DNA of 64,000 nt. It comes from an uncultured Pseudomonadota bacterium. Lineage in GTDB: Bacteria; Pseudomonadota; Gammaproteobacteria; Xanthomonadales; Rhodanobacteraceae. Within the stretch, counting starts at the first letter, position 1. Every line of letters begins with the position of its first letter. The translations under genes were made by a program, and so were the position numbers. This document shows, one piece after another, positions 1 to 11,869 of this stretch. The notes below the pieces were generated by a model. It searched no databases, was not told the origin of the DNA, and saw nothing but the letters and a program-made list of their open reading frames with translations. The DNA lies in NCBI GenBank assembly GCA_963794205.1, contig CAWCCR010000007.1, positions 72,498 to 136,497 on the forward strand, in the 5' to 3' direction.

Positions 1-133
1 TCCTTGCCCCGTCGAGGATTTCCTGCGCAAGGTGTTCCGTCGACCATCGGCATCCAGAAAAGCAGCAACCAGTTCTCTTCCTGACCAAGCCCTGCAGATG
101 GCAGGGCTGGACGGTCTGGTTGGCTGAACCTGT

Positions 134-285
134 GGAACCTCTGATAGGCCCATCGTGGACTTGCCAGAGGGTGCCGAATACGGCGCAGGCCCGGCCTCGG
201 TTCCACCGCATCAAGCACATGCGTGCTTGCTGCGCGGCAAGCATTCCAGGGATTGCGAAGGGTCCGAGCTTGTTCGTATCTTCCC
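134..285. mobile_element. Degenerate MITE-like element, copy 1 (IS5-like ends)
   Basis: Aligns over its whole length with the reverse complement of 46115-46268. The ends GGAACCTCTGATAG and CTTGTTCGTATCTTCCC are imperfect inverted repeats; no transposase ORF. Confidence 0.65.
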
Positions 286-352
286 CGCGCCCGGCGATCG
301 CGACAGGCATCATGCTGCCGTCGCGCGTGCGAACCGGCAGCTCGGGCCGGTT

Positions 353-1008
353 TCAGACGCGCGTGGTGAGGTTCGCGGCGTGTCGCGCCAAGGCTTCGAT
401 GGCGTCCCAGTCCAGGGCACGCAGGCGCTCGCCGGGCGTCAGCCACGAGCCGCCGACGCAGACGACATTCGGCAGCTCGAGCCAGGCCGGCGCGCTCTCG
501 AGGTCGATGCCGCCGGTGGGGCAGAAGCGGACGTCGGGCAGCGGTCCGTGCAGCGACCTGAGCAGCGCGGCGCCGCCGGCTGCCGCGGCGGGAAAGAACT
601 TCAGCAAGCGGTAGCCGGCCTCGCGCAGCGCCATCACCTCGCTGGCCGTGGTGGCGCCGGGCAGCCACGGCAAGCCCTGTGCCGCTGCTGCCGCGAGCAG
701 CGCCGGCGTGCTGCCGGGCGATACCGCAAAATGCGCCCCGGCGCGCGCCGCGGCTTCCAGATCGGCGGCGCCGAGCACGGTGCCGGCGCCGACCGCCATC
801 TCCGCGATCCCGGCGGCGACGGCGCGGATGGCGTCGAGCGCGGCCGGCGTGCGCAGGGTGATCTCGATGCAGCGGATGCCGCCGGCGAGCAGCGCGCGCG
901 CCAGCGGCAGCGCCTGCGCCGCATCATCGATCACCACCACCGGCATCACCGGTCCGCGGCGCAGGATGGCCTCGAGACCGCGCTGCGGATCATTCGCGCC
1001 GGCGTGGT

Positions 1009-1012
<4 letters not shown>
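353..1012 (-). CDS. eda: KDPG/KHG aldolase
   Basis: Motifs VMPVVVI, IEITLRT, GAGTVL, LKFFPA, FCPTGGI; start ATG overlaps the edd stop (ATGA). Confidence 0.95.
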
Positions 1013-2842
<1,830 letters not shown>

Positions 2843-2856
2843 CGGTTCCTCCGGCT

Positions 2857-3570
2857 TCAGGGCGCCCAGTACACGGCGATCGGCGTGCGCGCCTGCATCA
2901 GCAGGGCGTGCATGGGCAGGCCGGCGTCGGCAACGGCGCGCTCCAGCACGTCGCGCTTGTGTCCGCCCGCGATCAGCAGGAACACCGAACGCGCGCCGGC
3001 CAGCACCGGCAGCGTCAGCGTGATGCGCGGCTCGGCGGCGTCCGGCGCGCGCATCGGCAGTACGCGCGCCGGGGTGTGCGGATCGAGCGCGGCCGCCAGA
3101 TGATCGCCATCGGGAAACAGCGAGGCGAAGTGGCCATCGTCGCCCATGCCGAGCACGACCGCGTCGAGCGGCAGCGGCAGGGCATCGATGCCTGCGCGCA
3201 CCGTGGCCAGACCCGCCTCGGGCGTCGGCGCTTCGCTGTAAAGCGGCACGAAGCGCGCCACGGCGGCCGCGCCTTGCAGCAAGGTGTCGCGCACCAGGGT
3301 GGCGTTGGCGCGCGGGTGACCGGCCGGCACCCAGCGCTCGTCGACGAGGGTGACGATCACCCGCGCCCAGTCCAGCGTTCGCGTCGCCAGCGCATGCAGG
3401 AACGGGCCCGGCGTGGCGCCGCCCGACAGCGCAAGCGTCGCCCTGCCGCGGCTGGCCAGCGCATTGCGCAGCACCGCCGCGACCGCGTCCGCCAGCGCCG
3501 CGGCCAATGCAGGCATCGCGGCCTGCGTGTGCCAACGCAGGGGGATCGACGGTGGCGCTGCGGCCACCAT
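2857..3570 (-). CDS. pgl: 6-phosphogluconolactonase
   Basis: Motifs [36 protein letters not shown]. Confidence 0.95.
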   Translation of the reverse strand: MVAAAPPSIPLRWHTQAAMPALAAALADAVAAVLRNALASRGRATLALSGGATPGPFLHALATRTLDWARVIVTLVDERWVPAGHPRANATLVRDTLLQGAAAVARFVPLYSEAPTPEAGLATVRAGIDALPLPLDAVVLGMGDDGHFASLFPDGDHLAAALDPHTPARVLPMRAPDAAEPRITLTLPVLAGARSVFLLIAGGHKRDVLERAVADAGLPMHALLMQARTPIAVYWAP

Positions 3571-5022
3571 CAGAACGCATCCTCGTGCCAGGTGCGGCCG
3601 TCACGTTCGATCAGGGCAACCGCGGCGCTCGGCCCCCAGCTGCCGGCGGTGTAGGGTTGAGCGCCTCGTCGTTCTGCGGCCCAGGCGGCGATGATCGGAT
3701 CGATCCAGCGCCACGCCGCCTCGACCTCGTCGCGGCGCATGAACAAGCGTCGCGTTGCCGCGCACCACATCCATCAGCAGGCGCTCGTAGGCGTCGGCCT
3801 GGTGGCCGCCGAAGGCGGCGGCGAAGCTCATGTCCAGCGGCACGTGGCGCAGGCGGATGCCGCCCGGGCCGGGGACCTTGTTCATCAGCCACAGCTTGAC
3901 GCCCTCGTCGGGCTGCAGGCGCAGCACCAGCTTGTTCGGCGCGAGCTCGCCGGCCTCGCGGCCGAAGATCGAGTGCGGCACGCTGCGGAAACTGATCACG
4001 ATCTCGGACACGCGTTCGCCGCAGGCGCTTGCCGGTGCGCAGGTAGAACGGCACGCCGGCCCAGCGCCAGTTGTCGACCTCGGCCTTGAGCGCGACGAAG
4101 GTCTCGGTGCGCGAATCAGCGCGGCCCAGCTCCTCGAGATAGCCCGGCACCGGCGCGCCCGGCGATCGCCCCGGCGCGGTACTGGCCGCGCACGGTCAGT
4201 GGCGCCGGCATTGCGCGCGTCGATCGGCTTGAGCGCGTGCAGCACCTTGAGCTTTTCGTCGCGCATCGCGTCGGCGGTCAGCGACACCGGCGGCTCCATC
4301 GCGACCAGGCACAGCAGCTGCAGCAGGTGGTTCTGCACCATGTCGCGCAGCGCGCCGGCGCGGTCGTAGTAGGCCGCGCGGTCGCCGACGCCGACCGTTT
4401 CGGCGACGGTGATCTGCACGTGATCGATGTGCTCGGCGTTCCACAGCGGCTCGAACAGGGCGTTGGCGAAGCGCAGCGCCAGCAGGTTCTGCACGGTCTC
4501 CTTGCCGAGGTAATGGTCGATGCGGAAGGTCTGACGCTCGCTGAAGGTGCGTGCCACCGCATCGGCGATCGCGCTGGCCGAGGCCAGGCTGCTGCCGATG
4601 GGCTTTTCCAGCACCACGCGCGCCTCGCCTTCGTGCAGGTCCAGCGCGCGCAGGTGATCACAGACCGGGGTGAACAGGTCCGGATGCAGGGCGAGGTAGA
4701 AAACGCGCACCGGCGAGGCTGCTGCGCGGATGCGCGCCGCGAGCTGCTCCCAGCCGGTCTGCGCGCGCACGTCCACCGCCTGGTAGCCGATGCCTTCGAG
4801 GAAGCGCGCCAGCTCGGCCTCGTGTCCTGCGGCGATCGGCGCGAGGGCGGCGTGCACCTGTTCGCGGTAATGCACATCGTCGAGTGCCTCGCGCGCGACC
4901 GCGATCACGCGCGAACCGGCCTCGAACCCGGTATCGCGGAAGCGCTGGAAGAGGGCCGGCAGCAGCTTGTGCATGGCGAGATCGCCGGTGCCGCCGAAAA
5001 TGATCAGATCGAAGGCTTGCAT
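3570..5022 (-). CDS. zwf: Glucose-6-phosphate 1-dehydrogenase, frameshifted in the 3' half
   Basis: [31 protein letters not shown]; later motifs ([30 protein letters not shown]) lie in other frames. Confidence 0.92.
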
Positions 5023-5067
5023 GGGATGTTCCGTGGCTGGTGGCGTGGCGTCCGGGGCGGCCGTGAC

Positions 5068-5085
5068 AATACCAGTAAAATACCA
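5068..5085 (-). promoter_or_regulatory. Tandem TGGTATT direct repeats (NagQ-type GntR operator) upstream of zwf
   Basis: AATACCA at 5068-5074 and 5079-5085, 11-bp period, in the divergent zwf/gntR intergenic region. Confidence 0.65.
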
Positions 5086-5149
5086 ATAGATCAAAGCGCA
5101 GGATCCGGATGCACGAATCCAGTGGGCACAGCGCGACGGTGGTGATGGT

Positions 5150-5167
5150 TGGTATGCTTCTGGTATG
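5150..5167 (+). promoter_or_regulatory. Second tandem TGGTATG repeat overlapping the gntR start (putative autoregulatory operator)
   Basis: TGGTATG at 5150-5156 and 5161-5167, 11-bp period. Confidence 0.55.
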
Positions 5168-5914
5168 AAGTCATTTCTGACCGACGCCTTTCGCCGCCAG
5201 TGTCGCGCCGATGCCTCGGGACGCGGTCTTGCCTATCTCAGCCTGCAACGCGCCCTCGTCGAGGTGATCGAAACCGGTGCGCTCAAGCCCGGCGACGCGC
5301 TGCCCGGCGAGCGCGTGCTGGCCGAGCAGCTCGGAGTCTCGCGCGTCACCGTGCGGCGCGCCATCGCCGGACTGATCGAGAACGGCATGCTGACCCAGCG
5401 GCGCGGGGCCGGGACCTTCGTCGCCGAACGCATTGTGAAGTCGTTTTCACGACTGACCAGCTTTTCCGACGACCTGCGCGCGCGCGGCCTGGATTCGCGC
5501 TCGCGCTTTCTCGAGCGCGCGGTCGGCGCGGCGACCCCCGAGGAGGCGATGGGACTGGACCTCTCGCCCGGCGCGGCGGTGGTCCGGCTGTACCGTCTTC
5601 GCTTCGCCGGCGAGCGTCCGCTGGTGGTCGAGCGCACCGCCGTGCCGCAGCATCTGCTGGCCGATCCGGCGGCCGTGGGCAACTCGCTCTACGACGCGCT
5701 GGAACGCGAAGGCCACGTGCCGGTGCGCGCGCTGCAGCGCGTGCGCGCGGTCGCCCTGGACGCCGGCCAGGCCCGGCTGCTCGAGCTGCCCGCGGGCAGC
5801 CCCGCGCTGTACATCGAACGCCGCGCTTATCTCGCCGACGGCCGTGCGGTGGAATTCACCCGCTCGTTCTATCGCGGCGACGTGTACGACTTCGTCGCCG
5901 AACTCGGCCGCTGA
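5165..5914 (+). CDS. GntR/HutC-family regulator with UTRA domain (NagQ-like)
   Basis: HTH LPGERVLAEQLGVSRVTVRRA, RRGAGTFV, LTSFSDD; UTRA-type C-terminus VEFTRSFYRGD. Confidence 0.9.
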   Translation: MKSFLTDAFRRQCRADASGRGLAYLSLQRALVEVIETGALKPGDALPGERVLAEQLGVSRVTVRRAIAGLIENGMLTQRRGAGTFVAERIVKSFSRLTSFSDDLRARGLDSRSRFLERAVGAATPEEAMGLDLSPGAAVVRLYRLRFAGERPLVVERTAVPQHLLADPAAVGNSLYDALEREGHVPVRALQRVRAVALDAGQARLLELPAGSPALYIERRAYLADGRAVEFTRSFYRGDVYDFVAELGR

Positions 5915-6002
5915 GCCGGTTTCCGGCGCGGTTCCGCGCGCGGTGGCGGCCGCGTCGGCCGGCGCCGTTATGTTTTCGTTGCGCTGCAGCGTGCAATGGC
6001 TT

Positions 6003-6016
6003 TGTAAACGATTACA
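6003..6016. promoter_or_regulatory. LacI-family operator
   Basis: Near-palindrome TGTAAACGATTACA with central CG, 45 bp upstream of the LacI gene. Confidence 0.75.
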
Positions 6017-6060
6017 TTGCGTCTCCGTGACATGCCGCGAAAGCCGCAGGGGGCGAGTGC

Positions 6061-7197
6061 GTGGGGACCACGATCAAAGACGTTGCCGAACGCGCCGGGG
6101 TCTCCGTAGCCACGGTCTCGCGCGCGCTCAACGGGCATCCGTCAGTGACCGCTGCGGCCCGCGGGCGCGTGCAGCAGGCGGCGATCGATCTCCATTACAT
6201 GCCGCATGGCGCAGCGCGCAGCCTCAGCATGAGGCGCACCGAAAGCATCGGCGTGCTGCTGCCCGACCTGCATGGTGAATTCTTCTCCGAACTGATCCGG
6301 GGCATCGATGGCGGCGCGCGGGCGCGGGGTCTGCACCTGCTGGTTTCCAGTTCCCATGGTGACGCCGCCGAAGCCGCCGCCGCGCTGCGCAGCATGCAGG
6401 GCCGGGTCGACGGCCTGCTGCTGATGTCGCCCTATGTGGACGCGGGCATGCTCGCCAACAACCTCCCGCGCGGATTCCCGATCGTGCTGATGAACAGTGT
6501 CATCAGCGAGGCGGGCTGCTCGGCGGTGCTGATCGACAATTTCGGCGGGGCCTACGGCATGGTTCGATATCTGGTGGCCAGCGGCTACAGGCGGATCGCC
6601 TTCATCACCGGCCCCGAGGACAACCTGGATGCGCGCGCACGGCTGCAGGGTTATCGCAACGCGATGGCCGAGCTGCTGCCCGACCAGGACGAGCAGGTCC
6701 TGCGGGGTGATTTCATCGAGGAAGGGGGATACCGCGCTGCCAAGCAGATCCTGGCGCAGAGGATCCGCCCTGACGCCATCTTCGCGGCCAACGACGTCAT
6801 GGCGATCGGCTGCCTGTTCGCGCTGACCCAGTCGGGTGTCGACGTGCCGCGCGAGATGGCGGTGGTCGGTTTCGATGACATTCCCATTGCCCGCTACATC
6901 ACCCCTGCGCTGACGACGGTGCGCGTGCGCATCGCCGACCTCGGAGGGCGGGCACTGGAACGGTTGCTCGCCACGGTCGGCGAGCACGAGGAAAGCAGGG
7001 TGACCACCGAGACCATGCAGCCTGAGCTGGTGGTCCGGGCTTCCTGCGGCATGCACGGGCAGGACGCCGGCAGTCCGAGACCCGCCGCACCCGATGGCAC
7101 CACCGGAAATCAGACGCTGACCGGCTCCGAGGATCGGATCAAGCCGGCTGCAGCAAAGCACCGCCCGTCCCGCACCACACCGACCAACCCGACCTAA
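6061..7197 (+). CDS. LacI-family transcriptional regulator
   Basis: TIKDVAERAGVSVATVSRALN; VVGFDDI; PALTTV. Confidence 0.95.
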   Translation: MGTTIKDVAERAGVSVATVSRALNGHPSVTAAARGRVQQAAIDLHYMPHGAARSLSMRRTESIGVLLPDLHGEFFSELIRGIDGGARARGLHLLVSSSHGDAAEAAAALRSMQGRVDGLLLMSPYVDAGMLANNLPRGFPIVLMNSVISEAGCSAVLIDNFGGAYGMVRYLVASGYRRIAFITGPEDNLDARARLQGYRNAMAELLPDQDEQVLRGDFIEEGGYRAAKQILAQRIRPDAIFAANDVMAIGCLFALTQSGVDVPREMAVVGFDDIPIARYITPALTTVRVRIADLGGRALERLLATVGEHEESRVTTETMQPELVVRASCGMHGQDAGSPRPAAPDGTTGNQTLTGSEDRIKPAAAKHRPSRTTPTNPT

Positions 7198-7209
7198 GGC
7201 AGGGGAACC

Positions 7210-10200
7210 ATGAGAACACCACAGACCTTCAAGAAGAAGCTGCTTGCCAGCCTGATCGCCACGTCACTGGCGACTCTCGTCGCCGCGCCGACCGTTTCGA
7301 TGGCCGCGAGCGCGGATGCCACCCTGCGCGGTCATGCCGCGCCCGGGGCAGTGATCACCGCCAGGGAGATCGCCACCGGCGCCTCGCGCCAGACCAAGGC
7401 CGATGGCAAGGGACTCTACACGCTGCTCGGCCTGCCGCCCGGCACCTACCGGATCAGCGCCGGGTCGGGCATCGAAAGAACGATCAAGCTGAATGTCGCC
7501 TCGACCGCCACCCTGGACCTGATCGCGGCGACGGTCCCGACGGGCAATGTCACCAAGCTCTCGGCGGTCAAGGTCACCGCCGCCCTGAGTCAGCAGGACG
7601 TCAACACCTCGCAGGTGGGTTCGTTCGTCTCGACGCACCAGATCGAGAACATGCCCGCGGCCTCGCGCAACTTCCTGCAGTTCGCGGACACCGTGCCGGG
7701 CATGGTGTTCAGCCGCAGTGCCAACGGTGACACCAAGCTGCAGGCCGGCGGCATGGCCGACAGTGCCATCAACGTCTATATCGACGGCGTCAGCCAGAAA
7801 AACTTCGTATTGCAGGGTGGCCTCGTCGGGCAGAATGCCAGTCAGGGCAACCCGTTTCCGCAGCTGGCGATCGGCGAATACCGCGTGATCACCTCCAATC
7901 AGGAGGCCGAGTACGGCTCGCTGTCGAGCGCCGCCATCGTGGCGGCCACCAAGTCGGGCACCAACCAGTACAAGGGTGACGCCTTCGTCAGTTTCAACAG
8001 CACCGGCATGCGCGCGGCAACCCCGGCCGAGAGCGCCGCCGGCAAGAAGACGCCCTCGACCGACAAGGACTATGGCTTCGATTTCGGCGGTCCGATCATC
8101 CAGAATCAGGCGCACTTCTACGTCGCTTACGAAGGCAAGAAGTTCGATACTCCGAGCACGGTGGTGGCGAACGCTCCTCAGCAGTTCGTTAGCCAGTTGC
8201 CGGCCAGTGTGCAGTCGCAGATCGGTCCGGCCAACCTGCCATTTCTGGAAAACAACTGGTTCGGCAAGATCGATTACGAGCCGACCGATCGCGACCGCTT
8301 CGTGCTGGAATCGCATATTCGCAACGAGACCAGCATCAGCGGCGTCGGCGGCGTTTCGACGCAGTCGGCCGGCCTCAACACCATCAACTTCCAGAAGACC
8401 GCCGATCTGGCCTGGGAGCATAGCGGTTACGACTGGTTCAACCGCCTTGAGGCCACCTGGCAGGATTCGGCTTGGCAGCCAACGCCCATCCTGCTGGGCA
8501 TCGGCAGCGCCTATACCGCGGCGCTTAGCTCGTACAACATCAACCCCAACCAGGTCATCCTGCAGACCGGCAATTCGCCGCTGGCTCAGCAGAACAAGGG
8601 CCAGCGCGGCATCGGCATATTCGACCACATCACCTATGACGGACTCGAGTGGCACGGCAGCCACGTGATCAAGGCCGGCTTCGATCTGCAACACATCACG
8701 CTGACGGCACAGGATGCGGGCAGCAGCAATGCACTCTTCTATTACAAGGTCTCGCCGACCGCCGGCACCTCGAGCATTCCCTATCAGGCGCAATTCGGCT
8801 CGCTCATCCCTGGCACCAGCCCGGTCTCGGTGAGCAAGAACACCTTGTTCGACACGTTCTTGCAGGATACATGGACGCTCAACAAGCACTGGACTTTCAA
8901 CGTCGGCGTACGCGGCGACTACGATCGCAGTCCGGCGTACCTGAACTATGTGACGCCGGGGCCAGTGCTCGCGGCGCTCAGCAGCCAGGCTCCGGGTGCG
9001 GCGCCGGGGACCACGTATGCGCAGCAGCTGGCCCAGGGCGGCATCAACATCAACGACTACATCAGCAATGGCCACAATCGCAGCGCCAAGTGGCACTTCT
9101 CGCCGCGCATCGGCTTCGCCTTCGACGTCAACGGCGACCAGAAGCACGTCATCTTCGGCGGCATCGCACGTGCCTACAACCACAATCTGTATGACCTGCT
9201 GCAGCTTGAGCAGACGAAATATGTCCTGTCGCAGCCGACGATCTACTTCGGTACGCCATCAGCGCCGTGCCAGACGGGCCAGAGCCCCTGTTACGCCTGG
9301 AGTCCGTCGTACATGAGCATCCCGGCGTTGCAGGCGCTGGTGAGTGGATCGTTCGCCGGCAAAGAAGTGGACATGATGCCCAACAGTCTGAAAACGCCTT
9401 ACTCAGACCAGTTCTCCATCGGCATGCGCAACCGCATCAGCGACTGGGATACCAGCGTGGCGATCTCGCGCGTGCTCAGCTACGACAACTTGACCGGCTT
9501 CCTGGGCAACCGCGGACCCGGTGGCGCCTTCTGGGTAAACGAACCATGGGGTGGCGTCGGTCAGCCATGGACCTATCCCATGCCGGGCTTCGGCAATCTG
9601 ATCCTGTGGGGCAACGGTCTGCAGACCCGTACCACGCAATTGCTGCTGTCGGCGCAAAAGCCCTATACGGAAGAATCGGGCTGGGGCTTGACCATCGCGT
9701 ACACCTGGACGCACGCGAAATGGAACATGGACAACGGTGCGCTCAACAACAACTACTCGTTCGACGAGCAGTACCCGAGCGACTATCCGTTCATCAGCGA
9801 GCCGGTGGCCAAGCAGCGCATCGTCGTGGCCGGCACCCTGAAGGGACCGTGGGACATCGCCATGGGCGCGCGGCTGACCCTGGCCACGCCGATCCCGGAT
9901 GTGAACCTGGCTTGTTACGGTGCGGCCACTATCAGCACCTGCATGCCGATCGCCGCGACTCCCGAGGGCTCGCGCTTCCTGGTGGGCGGACGCATCTGGG
10001 GCTACCGCGATTTCTCGGTGCAGTTCACAAAGAACTTCAAGCTGTATGGCCTCAACGCCTATGCGCGCGCCGATATCATCAACCTGTTGAACTGGCACAA
10101 CTACACCAGTTACATCGAGAACTGGGGCAGCAATGGCGTGCTCAACAAGTACCCGGTGACGTACAACCCGCTTGGGGAGATCTCCGGTTACCCCCGCTAC

Positions 10201-10230
10201 CTGAAGTTGACCGTGGGCGTCAGCTTCTGA
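7210..10230 (+). CDS. TonB-dependent receptor with N-terminal carboxypeptidase-regulatory-like domain
   Basis: Signal peptide, LPPGTY motif, plug-like region, TKSGTN, C-terminal Phe (VGVSF), 1006 aa; RBS AGGGGA. Confidence 0.9.
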   Translation: MRTPQTFKKKLLASLIATSLATLVAAPTVSMAASADATLRGHAAPGAVITAREIATGASRQTKADGKGLYTLLGLPPGTYRISAGSGIERTIKLNVASTATLDLIAATVPTGNVTKLSAVKVTAALSQQDVNTSQVGSFVSTHQIENMPAASRNFLQFADTVPGMVFSRSANGDTKLQAGGMADSAINVYIDGVSQKNFVLQGGLVGQNASQGNPFPQLAIGEYRVITSNQEAEYGSLSSAAIVAATKSGTNQYKGDAFVSFNSTGMRAATPAESAAGKKTPSTDKDYGFDFGGPIIQNQAHFYVAYEGKKFDTPSTVVANAPQQFVSQLPASVQSQIGPANLPFLENNWFGKIDYEPTDRDRFVLESHIRNETSISGVGGVSTQSAGLNTINFQKTADLAWEHSGYDWFNRLEATWQDSAWQPTPILLGIGSAYTAALSSYNINPNQVILQTGNSPLAQQNKGQRGIGIFDHITYDGLEWHGSHVIKAGFDLQHITLTAQDAGSSNALFYYKVSPTAGTSSIPYQAQFGSLIPGTSPVSVSKNTLFDTFLQDTWTLNKHWTFNVGVRGDYDRSPAYLNYVTPGPVLAALSSQAPGAAPGTTYAQQLAQGGININDYISNGHNRSAKWHFSPRIGFAFDVNGDQKHVIFGGIARAYNHNLYDLLQLEQTKYVLSQPTIYFGTPSAPCQTGQSPCYAWSPSYMSIPALQALVSGSFAGKEVDMMPNSLKTPYSDQFSIGMRNRISDWDTSVAISRVLSYDNLTGFLGNRGPGGAFWVNEPWGGVGQPWTYPMPGFGNLILWGNGLQTRTTQLLLSAQKPYTEESGWGLTIAYTWTHAKWNMDNGALNNNYSFDEQYPSDYPFISEPVAKQRIVVAGTLKGPWDIAMGARLTLATPIPDVNLACYGAATISTCMPIAATPEGSRFLVGGRIWGYRDFSVQFTKNFKLYGLNAYARADIINLLNWHNYTSYIENWGSNGVLNKYPVTYNPLGEISGYPRYLKLTVGVSF

Positions 10231-10241
10231 GTCCCCGCGCA

Positions 10242-10268
10242 CGCGCCGGCGGGCAATCCGCCGGCGCG
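10242..10268 (+). terminator. GC-rich hairpin after the TBDR (terminator or mRNA stabiliser)
   Basis: CGCGCCGGCGG-gcaat-CCGCCGGCGCG, a perfect 11-bp stem with only a weak U-tract. Confidence 0.55.
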
Positions 10269-10345
10269 CTTCGATTGCACCCGGCTTGATTGTCCGCGTC
10301 GAGTCGGCACGCTGCAGTTGTGCAAACTTCCCGAGAGCTGCTTCG

Positions 10346-11869
10346 ATGCCCACTTCACGGTCCGTGAAAAACATCGTCATCGTCGGTGGCGGCACCGCTG
10401 GCTGGATGGCGGCAGCGGCCTGCGCCAAGATGCTCGGGGCCGGCTATGCCGTTCACCTGATCGAGTCGGAGGAAATTGGCAGCATCGGCGTGGGCGAAGC
10501 CACGGTACCGCACCTCAAGCAGTTCAACAGTCTGCTCGAGATCGACGAGGTCGAGTTCGTCAAGGCCGTCATGGGCACGTTCAAACTCGGCATCCAGTTC
10601 AACGACTGGGGGCGTCTGGGTGACAGTTACATCCACGGTTTCGGCGCTCTGGGCACCAATATCGGCCCGCTGCCGTTCCACCAGTTCTGGATCAAGGCGC
10701 AGCAAAAGGGCTGGGCCGGGCCGCTGGTCGATTATTCGATCAACACAGCCGCCGCAGTCCGCGGCAAGTTCATGCCCTCGGCCAGCGACGTACCGGCCAG
10801 CTCACCGCTGGCGGACATCCGCTACGCCTACCACTTCGATGCCAGCCTGTACGCACGCTACCTGCGCGGCTATGCCGAGGCGCGCGGCGTGCGCCGCACC
10901 GAGGGCAAGATCAGGCATGTACAGCTGCGTGGCGAGGATGGTTACGTCGAATCGGTGACGCTGGAGAACGGCAGCGTCATCGACGGCGACCTGTTCATCG
11001 ACTGCTCGGGTTTCCGCGGTCTGCTGATCGAACAGGCGCTGCATACCGGCTACATCGATTATTCGCAGTGGCTGCGTTGTGACCGTGCCGTGGCGGTCGG
11101 CTGCGAGAAAGTCGGTCCGCCCACGCCCTACACACGGGTGACCGCGCGCACGGCCGGCTGGCAGTGGCGCATCCCGCTGCAGCATCGCACCGGCAACGGG
11201 CACGTTTACAGCAGCGCGCTGATCAGCGATGACGAGGCCACGGCCACACTGCTGGCCAATCTGGACGGCAAGCCGTTGGGCGAACCGCGCCTGCTGCGCT
11301 TCACGCCCGGCATGCGCAAGAAGTTCTGGAACAGGAACGTGGTGGCTCTGGGGCTGGCCAGCGGTTTTCTGGAGCCGCTGGAATCGACCAGCATTTTCCT
11401 TATCCAGTCGGGCATCGCGCGCCTGCTCAGCCTGTTGCCGTGGAATGATTTCAGCGAAGTCGTGATTGACGAATACAACGCCCAACTGACTTTCGAGATC
11501 GAGCGCATCCGCGATTTCCTGATCCTGCACTACCACGCCACGCAGCGCGACGACGCGCCGCTATGGCGCGAGTGCGCCCACATGTCGGTGCCCACGGGTC
11601 TGGCGCACAAGATGCGCCTGTTCGCCGACAGCGGGCGATCCTTCCGCGAGAGTGAGGAGCTCTTCGCGGAACCCAGCTGGGTGGAGGTATTGATCGGGCA
11701 GAACATCCTGCCGCGCACCTATCACCCGCTGGTGGATCAGATGCCCGACGATCAGCTCAAGCAGTTCATGCAGGGCGTGGCGCAGGTCATCGAAAGCTGC
11801 ACGGGCCTGATGCCGCTGCATCAGGCCTTCATCGACCGCCGTTGCGCCGCCCCCGGATTGGATGCCTGA
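10346..11869 (+). CDS. Flavin-dependent halogenase (tryptophan halogenase family)
   Basis: GGGTAG FAD motif, IGVGEAT, TFKLGI (catalytic Lys region), WQWRIP (WxWxIP), FLEPLESTS. Confidence 0.93.
   Translation: MPTSRSVKNIVIVGGGTAGWMAAAACAKMLGAGYAVHLIESEEIGSIGVGEATVPHLKQFNSLLEIDEVEFVKAVMGTFKLGIQFNDWGRLGDSYIHGFGALGTNIGPLPFHQFWIKAQQKGWAGPLVDYSINTAAAVRGKFMPSASDVPASSPLADIRYAYHFDASLYARYLRGYAEARGVRRTEGKIRHVQLRGEDGYVESVTLENGSVIDGDLFIDCSGFRGLLIEQALHTGYIDYSQWLRCDRAVAVGCEKVGPPTPYTRVTARTAGWQWRIPLQHRTGNGHVYSSALISDDEATATLLANLDGKPLGEPRLLRFTPGMRKKFWNRNVVALGLASGFLEPLESTSIFLIQSGIARLLSLLPWNDFSEVVIDEYNAQLTFEIERIRDFLILHYHATQRDDAPLWRECAHMSVPTGLAHKMRLFADSGRSFRESEELFAEPSWVEVLIGQNILPRTYHPLVDQMPDDQLKQFMQGVAQVIESCTGLMPLHQAFIDRRCAAPGLDA

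Noticed and set aside
10346-11869. Halogenated natural-product biosynthetic cluster (with the acylase and sulfotransferase)
   Set aside because: No scaffold-forming enzymes; the genes are far apart and in unrelated contexts.
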